DNA of 64,000 nucleotides from Podarcis liolepis (taxonomy: Eukaryota): the NCBI GenBank assembly GCA_965112155.1, contig OZ218098.1; one strand, 5' to 3'. Below are positions 1 through 12,800 of the stretch, piece by piece. Below the pieces are notes generated by a model. The model was not told the DNA's origin and searched no databases. It was given only the letters and a program-made list of their open reading frames with translations. Positions within the stretch are counted from its first letter, which is position 1. Each line of letters starts with the position of its first letter. The translations under genes were made by a program, and so were the position numbers.

Positions 1-752
1 AGCAACTCTTTTAAAAGTCTCAGTAGTTTTGTAAGAGCAAAAGACCAAAAAAACCAACCAAACAAAAAATCATGAATTTGCTGATTACGAAATTAGTTAT
101 AGGGGGACTGTGCAGGGGAACGAAAGGGTCCCTCAGATGTGCACAAGACTTTCCATGAGTGCCTTCTGAGGCTCCTGTGCTTCATCTCCCAGTCTACAGT
201 TGCAAAAAGGGCTCTTCCTGAAGTTTATTTGAGCTTCAGAGATGCCTTGTCTGAGAGGTACATTGGAAGGGTAGGCCTCAGAAGCCTCAATCTAAATATT
301 TGCAAGGCATCTGAAAAAGTAAATGGGATGAGGTCAATACACTTTCTCACACTACCTGTAGTCCCCAAGGATGGCAAAGATTGGTATTATTAATAGGCTA
401 TTTTGTAAGAACTAGGCCTTCATTTCTTTCAGTATTTAGGATTATTTTCAGCTTCTGCTATTACCTGTTAACAAAAAAATTTAATTTAATTTGTTTTCAC
501 TGTAGGTTCAGAATTCTTTTTTATTGTCCAAGTTCTGTTGTATACCACTCTAGGAACCATATGATTGAAAAGCAAAATAATAAATATTGAAAATGGTATA
601 ATAAAGCAAATTCATGTTATTTTATAGTATGTAGCATAGCTGCCTTCTTGCCTTCTGCCTTTTGGACAAACCAAAAAACAACATAGCATTTCTATTTTCA
701 AGTTGATATGCAAGCATTTCACAGCAGATGGTCTCAGTCCTTGGCTACTTAC

Positions 753-853
753 GGAATGCCAATTTCGAAAAGATTGTTCTGAATCAGCTGTTTGCCCAAC
801 ATAATAATGCTAAGTTGTATACACAATTCCATTAGGCAACCACCAGGAGCACA
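753..853 (-). CDS. ANO1: ANO1 exon 20 ([33 protein letters not shown]), TM6 gating helix
   Basis: cctttag acceptor, CC|gtaagt donor, 101 nt. Confidence 0.97.
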
Positions 854-3800
854 CTAAAGGAGAAATAGAGATACATAGATTAGGGGGATCTAGGTAATGT
901 AACACAGGCTTATATCAAGACTTTGGTTCATCCTCCTTGTGCCTCTTACTGCCTCTTAAACTCTGTTCCTGAAAGCTGGGGGACCCTCTGGAACAGTGTG
1001 AGAAGTGGCTGCAGGGGGTGGAGGTAAAATCAGTGAAAACTGCTTTCTCCCCACTTCTGTCAGTGGGGTCCCTCTGCTGGATCAAAAGCCTTCTGTGGAA
1101 TGATGTTGCCCTTCTGTGTGCAGATGGTTAAATTTGTAGCCACACCATGGTTGTTTTTTTTCTCGATCAGAAATAAGCATGCACAAAATGAACTGCCATT
1201 ACCTCTTCCATGCGAAAAGAATGAAAAATGTAGACATAATCTCCTGGGCGGCCAACGAATCTAGGAAAATTCAGAAACAATTATTGGTCTTTTCTTCTGC
1301 CTATTTTAGAGGAGCAAGTTGTCACACTCCTCCTGCAACATCTCCCATACATCCAGATAGAATCTTTGGGAGGAATTCAGTGGGATGGTACATCAATCGT
1401 TCTCTTGGGGCAAGAATTTCAGCATTGTTTGTCTGTTTATAGATTCTTATTTAATAATAATCATCCTTCTCTATCCTCCATGTGCTGTTCTGAGGGGTTC
1501 TCTTGCCCCATCCCAGAGCCACTTTCGGGTGTGTGGGGAGCACGCAGGAGCAGAAGACAGTGGGGGGGGGGGGCAGGGGGTAAGCCCCATTGCACAAGTA
1601 GATATTCTTGAATGGGCTTCCACCAGTGGGACTTATTAGTTGAAACCAGTTACATAATCTGCAGGGCATAGGCTCCTAGTCCTCACTGAGTAGGGATCCT
1701 GATATAAATGGGCGAATTTATCAATTTTTGTTTCTCTCAGTTTTTCATTTTTGTAAACTTGAGTTTGGTTCTTCACATTTCAGCATCAATTTGTGATTTT
1801 CTGTAGAGTCATGGAAATTAATCAGCATTTTGTTGCAATTTTCGGATAATATACACATTTTTGCAAATACAGTCAAACCTTGTTCTGTGTGCGCCTCCGC
1901 TTGTGTCCACTTTGATGAATGTCTGCAGCAAACCTGGAAGTACCGGAACAGGTTACTTCCGGGTTCACAGCTTGCACATAAGTGCTAAATCGTGATGCGC
2001 AGAAGCGCTAAATCCTGCGTCATTTTCGGCTTGCGGACGGGCCTCTGGAACAGATCCCATCCACAAAACAAGGTTTGACTGTAAAATTTGCTTAAAAGCA
2101 ATGCATTTTTCTGTTATTTTCAGTACTATATGCAATTCTACACACATATTATGCTAATGTATGCATTTTTGTGCATACTGTTGGCATGCTCCGCTGGATC
2201 TCTGGGCCCCAGTAACCTTTCCACTCCCATGCCTGGGCCCTGACTTTATCTCAACAAATGTTCAGAGTCAGCCTAGGTAACTATTAAATATTTAATTAAT
2301 TTCTCCTGCTACTCATTGGTTCTTGTATATGGTCTCAAGAGTCAGTAGTAGTTTGAACACTTTAAGCTAAACATTTAATTCACCTTATGCAACTTACTGG
2401 TCCTAGAAAAATGTATTGAATTCACTGTTTGTATAACTCACCGGCCCTTGAAGAAAGCCACATAGAAAATAGGCGTGTAGGCATTGACAAATTTCAAAAG
2501 GAAGGCCTTGAAGATAAGACGTTCTTCAAAACTCTTGTCTGTTTTTGGAACCTCTGTGTAAATAAGATTAATGTAAGAGTGCTTGAAAAAAGCATTCAAA
2601 TAGCTAAATTTTAGAGCCTGCTAAGATTTAAGATTTTGGAAGACTACTCTTGATCTGTTTAGTTGTTTTTGTTTTTTAAAAAAGAAAGGGTACATCCCAA
2701 TGGTCCTGTCTGTATGGTGATGGGGGAACTAGAAAACTTCCAGCTTCCAGCAACCCTCTCCATGTCTGGAGCTGCATGCATTGTCATGCCTAGGTATGGA
2801 CTACATTCATTGGAAACATCAGCCTGGTCTGATCACAAGAAATGTAACTCAGGGAAAATTCTGTGTTTGATGAAACCCTAAGAAGTTCATGCTCAGCAAT
2901 AACTGGACACCTCATTTTTTCCAGGTCTTGATTTATTGTCCCTATGAAGAAAGCAATGACTGTAAATGAAGATGAATTACGTTACTCAGCTTCTGAAAAT
3001 GGTTTGGTTCTCCATAGCAAGTGAAGAGGCTCTTGATTAATCTAAGTCCATTTCCCCATTTTATAATCAAACCAATGTTAGTTGCTGAAAGAAGTTCATG
3101 TAATAATAGCAAGTGATTATTTTATATATATCATTGGCTAGACATGCTTTGTTCTTGGCTGTGTGGCCAAAGTGAAATAATTGTGCTCTTTTAAGACAGG
3201 CCATTTGAAGAAACTGTAGCTTTAAGTCAAAATAACTTTTAAGATTTATACCTACCAATCTGGGTCAGCCATCTGGCTATGCAGCCGTATACTTCATCCA
3301 AGATTATTATCACCACCAGATTAATAATCACTGCAGTTGCTGTGACAGTTACTCTAACATTAGACCGGCCACCGGGAGTGGAGCTGATGGCTAAAGCTGC
3401 TGCAGTGGAGATTCGGTATATTATGACTCCAAAAACAATGGCAAATGTCAGTCCAATCTGGAAAGACAAAAGTAGTATGTCGTAAGAATATGCAAATGTC
3501 AGTAAAAATGTCTAGATGTCAGTAATTGTTAAAAGGGTGGCCAGATCTGGATTGAAAGGAAATGTTTAACAGTGAAAAGTACTAGAGGAATAGTTCTGTC
3601 CTAGGGCCCAATTCATGCATCATATTTGTCCTTTGTGTGTCTATGCAGTAGCATTTTTTCAGGTTGCCACCACTGCAAAAATGGCAGTGGCAACATTCAG
3701 CTCTCATGTAAAGGAACCAGCTCACACAGGTGTGCCTCTATAGAAGCACTGCCTTGCTGCAACCCTATTTGTGGGCCATGCTTTGTCAGTGGTGCAGGTA

Positions 3801-6800
3801 GTGTGAACCAGTCCATGGTTTTAAAGAAAACTGCTGCTCCTAACTGAGATTATCGAGGCCATTTCTGAATGCTACTGTATCACTTTTCTCAGAAGGTGGT
3901 GTAATTCAATCAACAGTGAACCTAAAGGTCATGTAAGCTATAGAGGAATTCTGAACTGCCAAGGAAATAACTACCGTATTTTTTGCTCTATAAGACACAC
4001 CTAGTTTTTGGAGGAGGAAAACAAGAAAAAAAATATTCTGAATCTCAGAAGCCAGAACAGCAAGAGGGATCGCTGTGCAGTGAAAGCAGCAATCCCTCTT
4101 GCTGTTCTGGCTTCTCTGATAGCTGCGCAGCCTGCATTCGCTCCATAAGATGCACACACATTCCCTCTTACTTTTAGGAGGGAAAAAGTGAGTCTTATAG
4201 AGCAAAAAAATACGGTAAATCATGGCTGAGAAGCATGTCCACAGTTACACTACATGATAAACTGTGGAAAAGAAAGAACAGCAAGCGTATACAACTCCAC
4301 TGAACATGACCAATAATTAGCTGAAAGGCTTTGAAATTTCATAGATGGGGGGGGTATTGGTCTATGTGTGCGTGTGTAGAATTTGTTTCAATCCTCTTCA
4401 AATGTTTATTTGTAAAAAATAACGCAGGAGTTCAGGTAGCATCTGGCTGGCCATGGCAAGGACAGAATGCTGGACCACAGAGGTCTTTGGTATGATCCTG
4501 CAGAACTCTTCTTATGTTCTCATAATGGGGATGATACAGTAGTCACGACTATCAACTATAAAATCACAGTATATGAACTGAAAAAAACTGAATAATGAAA
4601 GTGCATCCCAAAAAATCGACTTGAGATAAATCAGCAAGAAGCTTGGTCCTTCTCCAATGTTACAGAAGCTTTGCTCACCCTTTGAAAAATCTTGCATTAC
4701 ACTTAACCATAAACATTTACTAGGTAATACTTACCATGAAAATGATGCTCACAAAATTTGTGAAGTATGCTGGAAAACGATCTTTCCACGTCAGTTTTTC
4801 TTTTTCAGTCTATGGCATGAAAGAAAACACAATGACCCTGTGATGTAATATAGCCACATATACTGTAGCGGCAAAAGCATTTTCTTTTTAATTTGTGCCG
4901 GTCATCCAAACTTTGATGTGTAGGAAAGCAATCAAATGCATAACTTGATAGTAGTGCAAAGACACAGGAATGGAAGTAAACATTTTAGGAGGCAAACATC
5001 AGAACAGTGTGCAGTCAATTCAGTTAACTACAACTATATAAAGGGGTCAGTATATCACAATATTTATTTCAAATTGAGCTAGTTTGTTTATCAGTGTTAT
5101 GAGGCCAAGCAATTTTATTTTATTTTTTACAAAAACACAGATTTTTTGGGATTGTCAAAGCACATTTATCTCTGTCTCTATTTTAGTCTATTTTATATTG
5201 GCCACTATGAACCCCCCCCCCAGAACATTGCTACGCGTTTATAACAATGCAGAAAAGTTAAGGTACTTTGTGAAAGTTCCATCACTCATGAAAATCCATT
5301 GTTTGTGGGAAAAGATGAATGTGATACTAAATAGGTTGATTAAAGAATGCAAACGAGGAGTATGCTCATTTGGCTTGTCTCTTCTGTTCCAAGTCAGAGG
5401 AACAGGAGCTACTTTCCTGAATATGGTAAAATTTAGGAAACTGGTACTGAGGCAAGCATAAGGAACAATATACAGATATACTGCAGATGATCTCAAGGGC
5501 AAGACAGCATGAACTGGGCCAACATGAAACATGATGTGTGTGTGGATATGTGTTTGCCAAGAAAAATATGGTCAATAACATGGTCAATGATGTGGAATCT
5601 CAGTGCCATGGTGCCTTGATACTTTTCAAACCAGTCTTGCCTGCATTAGTTTACAGCTGCTCGGTCTCAACTAAGATATGCTGTAGTTCCTTTAAAAGTC
5701 CCATAGCAGAAGGACAGAATGAAACCACTGCATCTCCCATCCTATCCATCCACTGGCTCCCTTCTTCCATCCTTTTATTTTATTTATTAAAAGTATTCAT
5801 GAATTGCCTTTTCTGCCCCCAAGGCAATATACAACAACTAGAAACAACACAGATTTTAAAAAACACACCAATTAACAAAACAAAACCAGAATGTGGGATT
5901 GAAAACCCATCAAGAGCCAGGTGGAACAAAATAGTTTTTTAAGCTAGGCAAAGATAGGGACAATCTTGTGGCCCTAGGGAAGGTGTTCCACAAGCCAGAT
6001 GCTGCTATATAGAAGAGTTTCTGTCCTGGGCCTTTTCACCCAGGAGCCTAGTTGTTGCCCCCTACATTTGGCAAGGAAGAAAGGTGACAAAAAGAAACGG
6101 TGGAGAAACAGAATGGGAAGCAGAGTGGCAGCACCTTCTCCTGATGTTACAGGACCTTTAAAGGTTTCAGCAACATCTTTGGGTTAAATATAGTAACATT
6201 AATATCTGATTGTATCTTGTTTATTTTCATGGTCTGCTGAGTGATCACCGTTGTATTTCAACACGCTGTGTCATGGAGATTATTTGATTTTTTTAAAGCC
6301 TGAAAACAGGGAATGATGTGTTAATATGGCGATGTCATATATAATTACAGAAGGCCACTTCAAGAACAACAAGCATTTAATGTCACATGCATGTCACACG
6401 CATGCTGTCTGAGGAAAAACGAACAGCCGCAGGCAACTCTGCCAAGCATCTGACACGTGCAGAAGTGCCACACCAGTCAATATGTAAGGATTAACCATGC
6501 AGTGCCATTCCAAACAAAGAGGAAAACCAGTCCCAACAAGAGTGCTGAAGAAGGGGGCAGGGGGAGGGAGGGAAATACGTATATGTGTATATTAGACAAT
6601 AAACAGACAAAGTTTGGAAAACAAATCAATTTGTGTTTTCTATAGTTATTCATAGTTCAGAAAGTTTCCACAAATTTGAATGAAATGTACCAATTTCACC
6701 CCAGCCATGACTCTCTTAACTCTTTGCCGCCATTTGTTGGCTGCCTCTTCCGGCAATTGCGGGCCCTTCTGATGGCATTTGAAGGAAACAGAAAAGGGTC

Positions 6801-9800
6801 ATGCAATATGGTTGTTACAAAGCATTGACTCATATAGGCAAATAAATCAATACCCTCAGCAAAATATGGACACGCTACAGCTTAAAAACAAATAGAAGCT
6901 GCCTTTACTTGTTATGGGCCAATGCTATGTCTTCTGAAATGAAGTAAATTACTATAAGGAAGAAAGTACAAAATAAAACCACAGGAAAATGACCAGTGTT
7001 ATCTAGTAAAACAACAACAACAACAACAAAAACAATGCAAAGAATAAAAACGGATCTGTATTATTTTAAGGTGTCACAATATATGTCAGACAAGAGTCTG
7101 ATCTCCTTCATAATGAGAGTTATCCGCAAAATCCCACAATATTTTGTAGTGGGATGACTAGAGTCATTTAACTAACCAATGACCTGGAGTCAGGAATGAG
7201 TAGTGAGTTTGCAGGTAGAATGAACTTTTTCAGAATGGTGGAACCCAAAGGAGATTGTGGAGAAACCAAGAAGGATCTACCTGCAAGATCTTCGCTTTTT
7301 TAGTTCATTTTTGAGATAGGGTGACTGGAATGGAATACAGTATTTCAATCATGTCCACACCATAGAGGTACATTAAGAACATTGGCAGTTCCTGCCCCCA
7401 CATCCATGTTAACTACAATTTAATTCCCCCTCACCTCCACCACCAATGTTGCATACTGAATAAAAGTTTTCATCGAGCTATTCATCATAAACTGTAAATT
7501 TCTTGCTTGGCTAGTCATACCAGTTGAGCTCCCATTAGTACATAAAAATGACTTTTGCTCGTTTCAACTGCATTGCTGCATACATATTTACAATGAAATT
7601 TAGCTGCCAATTTGTGGCCCACTAGCCTAAGCAGTTTGGTGTTGTTTGCAAACTTGAGCAGTTTACTCCTCTCTGCTGTTGAACCATATGGATATAAATT
7701 TACAACACCAGTTCTCTTATTCCATGCCCGCTAACTTTTATTGTCCCCATATGAACCAACTCAGACCCTGTGATCATCATCCAAGGCCCTTCACTGTGTG
7801 CCTCCTCCGTGAGAGGACTGGAGGGTGGCAACCTAAGAAAGGGGCCTTTTCTGTGGTGGCGCCTGCTTGTGGGATGCTCTCCCCAGGGAAGCTCGCCTGG
7901 CACCTTTGTTACATATCTTCAGGTGCCATGCAAAATCAGTCTTCTTCTCTCAGGCCTCTGGCTAATTAAACAATCTATGGCCTTTTAAACTGTGGGCTGG
8001 GGGTATTGTTTTTGTTTGGTACTATGGTATGTATTTTTATATTGTAAACCTTGTGATCCTCAGATGGAGGGTGGTGTAGAAATTTAGTAAATAATAACAA
8101 CAACTTTACACAGGAGCATTTGGTGAGGGAGTTCTCTGGCTCTCACAAATTCTGTAGTAGTTGAATTTTTTTTTAAAGTGCCAGATCTACACCTTTACAG
8201 ACCACCACATACCATGTGGCACTTAGAAATCTGTATCAGTGAAAGTGTGTCAAATGTCTATTCTTCTTCTAGAAAATCAGGACTGTAGCTGTTGTACGGG
8301 AGTCTGGTTACAAAGAAGCTTGGAGATCTTAGAAAGGGGAAACACTTAAAATGTAAAATTAAGGACTTGAAAATTAGGTAAATCATTCCACAAACCAGTT
8401 TGGATTTCTGCCCCCCTGGTTTTAAATTAGGATCACACTGAAATAAATGGAACTAAAATGTTTAAACCCATGGTGAATTAGAATGTGAATTACATGCTTA
8501 CGTTCTGATCCTGAAGTGACAAATATCTGCAATGGTACACACAGAGCACTGATATACAGTGGTGCCTCGCAAGACGAAAAGAATCCGTTCTGTGATTCTC
8601 TTCGTCTAGCGGTTTTTTCGTCTTGCAAAGCAAGCCCATTGATGGATTAGCGCTATTAGTGGCTTTTAGCGGCTTATCTGCTGATCGGATCAGCTGATAA
8701 GCGGCTTAGCGGCTTAGAAAAAGGGGGGGGAGAAAAAAACCCCGCAGGAACTCGCAAGACATTTTCGTCTTGCGAAGCAAGCCCATAGGAGATTCGTTTT
8801 GTGAAGCACCTCCAAAACGGAAAACTCTTTCGTCTAGCGAGTTTTCCGTCTTGTGAGGCATTCGTCTTGCGGGGCACCACTGTATAATGCCCTCACAGAT
8901 GGGCCATACTCATACCAATCCATGATAAAACCTTACTGTCAAAATATTACATGTATAGACACAAATATAATTGGTTCAGTCGCAGCAGAAGTGCCTTCAT
9001 GTTTAAGCAAATAATCCCCAAAGTTGAACTTAACCTACTTCAACTTCACCCAGTTCTACAGCAAGTAATATTTATGTCTGGCAATGGTTGTTTCCAGTGC
9101 AGCACAATTCCAGTGTTGATGAGGCTGCTTCACTAGTCTATCTTCACAGGACATCAGGGCAATGCCGTACAGCAAGATGAGTGTTCCTTTTCTGGAGCAG
9201 TGGCTCAAATAACTGAGCCTCGCAAGCATTAATGAAACTGAAAAACCCCACAAATTAAGGTGCCGATTCTGGTATTACAGTCCAGACACATGATAACCCA
9301 TTCACAACACCCGTCCAACATATGTAAATCTATTGAAAATGGCATCTCATGTAGACTTGAACCTGGAAAATGAAGAAAGTCAATGGGAAACGAAACAAGA
9401 GAAAATAATTACTAAATAGAAATGGTCAGGGAGGGGGAAGTTTATGGCTTCCTTGGAAATAACTGGACTGGGGTTGGAGGGAGAGAAAGTGGTGATTAAC
9501 CAAATGCAGATCCACTAGGCAACTATACAGTGCAAACTGCCCAGGTGTGTTTGGGGCATTTCACATATTATACAGAGGTAAGCTTGGATTTGGCATGGAG
9601 TGTATATTCAACAGACAGCTGCAGCCAATCATTGCTTTCTTACACGTGTCCCTGTACAATACATCCTTCGCTCTAGTCACAGCCTGTTTTTCTGTGCCCT
9701 TAAGTACCTAGCTATGGAGGAGGCTGCCCACTGTATTCCTGCATGTAGTCAATTTTCTTCTAATAATAGATTTAAGGCAGAGTCCCCTGGAGTGAGCTCG

Positions 9801-12800
9801 TCAAGAAAAAGCAATTCTTATTCTTTTACATTCTAAAAGGAGATCTTTTAAAGTATAACTCCAATTTTCATTCTGGGGGGAAAGACCCAGTTATCAGAAC
9901 TTTGGGAAACACCAATAAAGTGTGTTTAATTCTGCACACATATATTAATGGTATTTTCACAGGCTTCTGTAGTTGTTCTGGCTTTGAATAAACTGTTGTT
10001 GTTGCAGAGATGCAAACTGCTATTCTATTCACGCGCCATGATTTAGGTGTGAGAACGTGCACAGAATAAGGATGCAGCGCTCTAAGGTATTATTGGAATA
10101 TTAAAACAATTCCTATGGTCACTACGCCTGTGATGAACCCACATCTGAATTAACTTTACAGAGCTCAGATTATTTTACTGCAGCAATGGCCGTCTAAACA
10201 TTGTCAGACCCCAACTCTCACCAGCACCAGCCAACATGGCTAATAGTCAGGGGTGATGGGAATTGTAGTCCCAAACATCTGGAGGGCCGGAGTTTGTTTA
10301 TGCCTGATCTAGAAGGTCACAAGTTATCCCCGTTTGTGTAGCTACCCTCTCTTGCTCACCTGTCCTTGGGTGTCCATCTCTTTGGGATCTTTTTGGGTGT
10401 CCATCTCTATCTGTCTTTCTTTATATGTGAAGTTAAAGAATGGTAATGGAGGTGGAGAGTTGCTGTTTGTTTGCTGTATGTCATTGTAAATGGGGAAACC
10501 TTAACTATGAATATAAAAAAAATCTACATTGTTAGCTTACCTCTTTATTTTTGGATTCTTTCCTTAGTGATTTTTCTAACACTTTAGCTTCATATTCAGC
10601 CCTGGGGTGATCCTGCAAATAAGTCAATAGGCTAGTGAGCCATGAAACCCATTTTCTACCCATTCAAATGTTCAAGAACAAAAACAAATAAAGGTTCCAG
10701 TGTAATTTAATTTTAAAAAATTAAATGTTAATCTTATTTGAAAAATAAAATGTTAAGATTTAATTTAAAATGCTTGCTCATGTCATTGCTCTCTGTTGGT
10801 GTGTCATTGTAGCTAAAGACCTTAAGCTATAATCTGCAATGCTGCTGGCTCAGCTGATGTCCTTGCCTTGATGGTGACACTGCTGCTGCGAGATTGGCTG
10901 CTCTCCTCTCTCATATGACACAGCAGCTGCATCACACAGTTAGGGATGGGACAGAGGCAGGATTATGGCCAGCAGTAATGCAAATCAAGTACAACCCTGC
11001 AACAATTTCTCTAGCAGTAAATGGTTTATATTGCATAATGTGCTGATTTGCAGCCTTGCAATTCGTTTTAAACTGGAACCTTTCATTTCAGTCATTGCAC
11101 AGAGGCCATTTGTAAGACTGTTCATCTGAGCTGATGTTACCATAAATGACCCAAGAAGGGGCTGGGACAGCAATAAGGTGGTTTGATTTTAAGCATTCAG
11201 TTCATGGACACCTGAGATGCTCTTTCTTATCAGTTAACCTGATCGGTCTTGCCAAAATAATGCATTTCAGATTTGCCAAACATATGTGAAAATAATCAGA
11301 AGTTGAAGGAATGAGACAGCCAAAAGATTCAGAAAGTGCCTTAAAAATGCATTAGATGGATATGGGAATGGATATGAAAAAGTCCCAACAGGGATATATA
11401 TATACAGTATAGGAAGAAAGAATCATTGCAGTGGAAGGAAATCAGATGCTAGGAAGAAAGAATGAGGTGAGATCAGAAGGCATCTTTCACCACTCGACAG
11501 ATCAAAAAGGTAGAGAAATTTCAAAAAATAAATAAATAAAAATAAAAATAAATCCAAACCTTGACTGCCTCCTTCAGGAAACCATAAAAAACACAAACAA
11601 ACATAAAAATTAAAATTACTTCACTGTTGCACAATTCTGCACCGGATACAATTGTTTTTATTCATGTGAATGTGGCTGAACGAATCAGAAGAGACATGGC
11701 TGCATCTTTGGGGAAACTGTCTTCTTTTGTATTTATATTAATGTTATATTGGTAGCATGAAAGGAAACATATTATTGCATCAAGAGGCATGAGTTTAAGT
11801 AACATGGTGGTATACAGTCTGGATGGTGACATGTGATTAAACCCTCAATGGAATAAACAACAACTACATGAAAGAACAGTTGTGCGCTGGAGTTCCAGCC
11901 AGTGTTCATTTCAATGGGACGAGAAGCTCCTGGGGATTTCGTCTCACACTATTTAACCTCTTCAGTCTTCAGCAGGATTTAAATGCATGCTCAAGAGCTT
12001 GGCTCATAGGGCTGAATTAGTGGGACTGGAGTGTGTTAAGTGAAAAGTAAAATACATTCTATTAACAGCAGTTATCTCAGGTCACAGGCTGTTACCATTG
12101 CAGAGAACACTGAACATAACCCTGAAAGATATTTGCCACTAGAAGGATACAGTTAATCCTTTCCACTTTCATGTAAGCTAACAACAAGGTACCAAAAATA
12201 AAAGAACAGTTGTCTTATGGTATCCATAAAAACATCCTCCCATTGTTATCCAATAGGTTACGTCTCAATCCTAGGTATGCATGTGGGGTTCATGTTAGCC
12301 CAGCGACATGTTTGCAAGCAAACAACAGGATCAGGGCCTTTAGAACACTTTGATGTCACTGAAGACCTTTCAACACAATGGTCAAAAAAAATTAAGGCTG
12401 TAATTTATATTTATTCATTTCAATATGTATCACCTTTGACATTGAGTGTAGAGGCTTGATAAAGATCAGCTGACAGTGTAATCCCTGTCACGTTTGGGTG
12501 TCTGCTGGGTGTACATGTAGACATCTGCAGGAAGCAGATGACCCACCCTAAATTCTGCTATCCCAGCCCTAAATTAATGATTACACTAAAGTGAATATTT
12601 AGTTCCATAGACAAAATTGTGCCTCTGATTAATTGTACAGCGTTTTAAACATTTTAATGTAAGCACTGCAGTTGGCAAACATTATCTTAAAAGAGGTTTT
12701 CCTTGTGCTCTCTCATAAAAGAGGAAATGTCTCTTCTAAGGTGATGCCTAGGATGACACACATATACACAACCTAAAAACCAAGTTCTGTATGCATTTGC

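Noticed and set aside
1-752. Next ANO1 exon (KMKKLIRY...)
   Set aside because: No matching sequence found; it must lie beyond the window start.
8557-8882. CRISPR-like or regulatory repeat array (recurring gcaagacgaaa units)
   Set aside because: These are sub-terminal repeats of a TA-flanked MITE in a vertebrate intron; there is no repeat-spacer periodicity.
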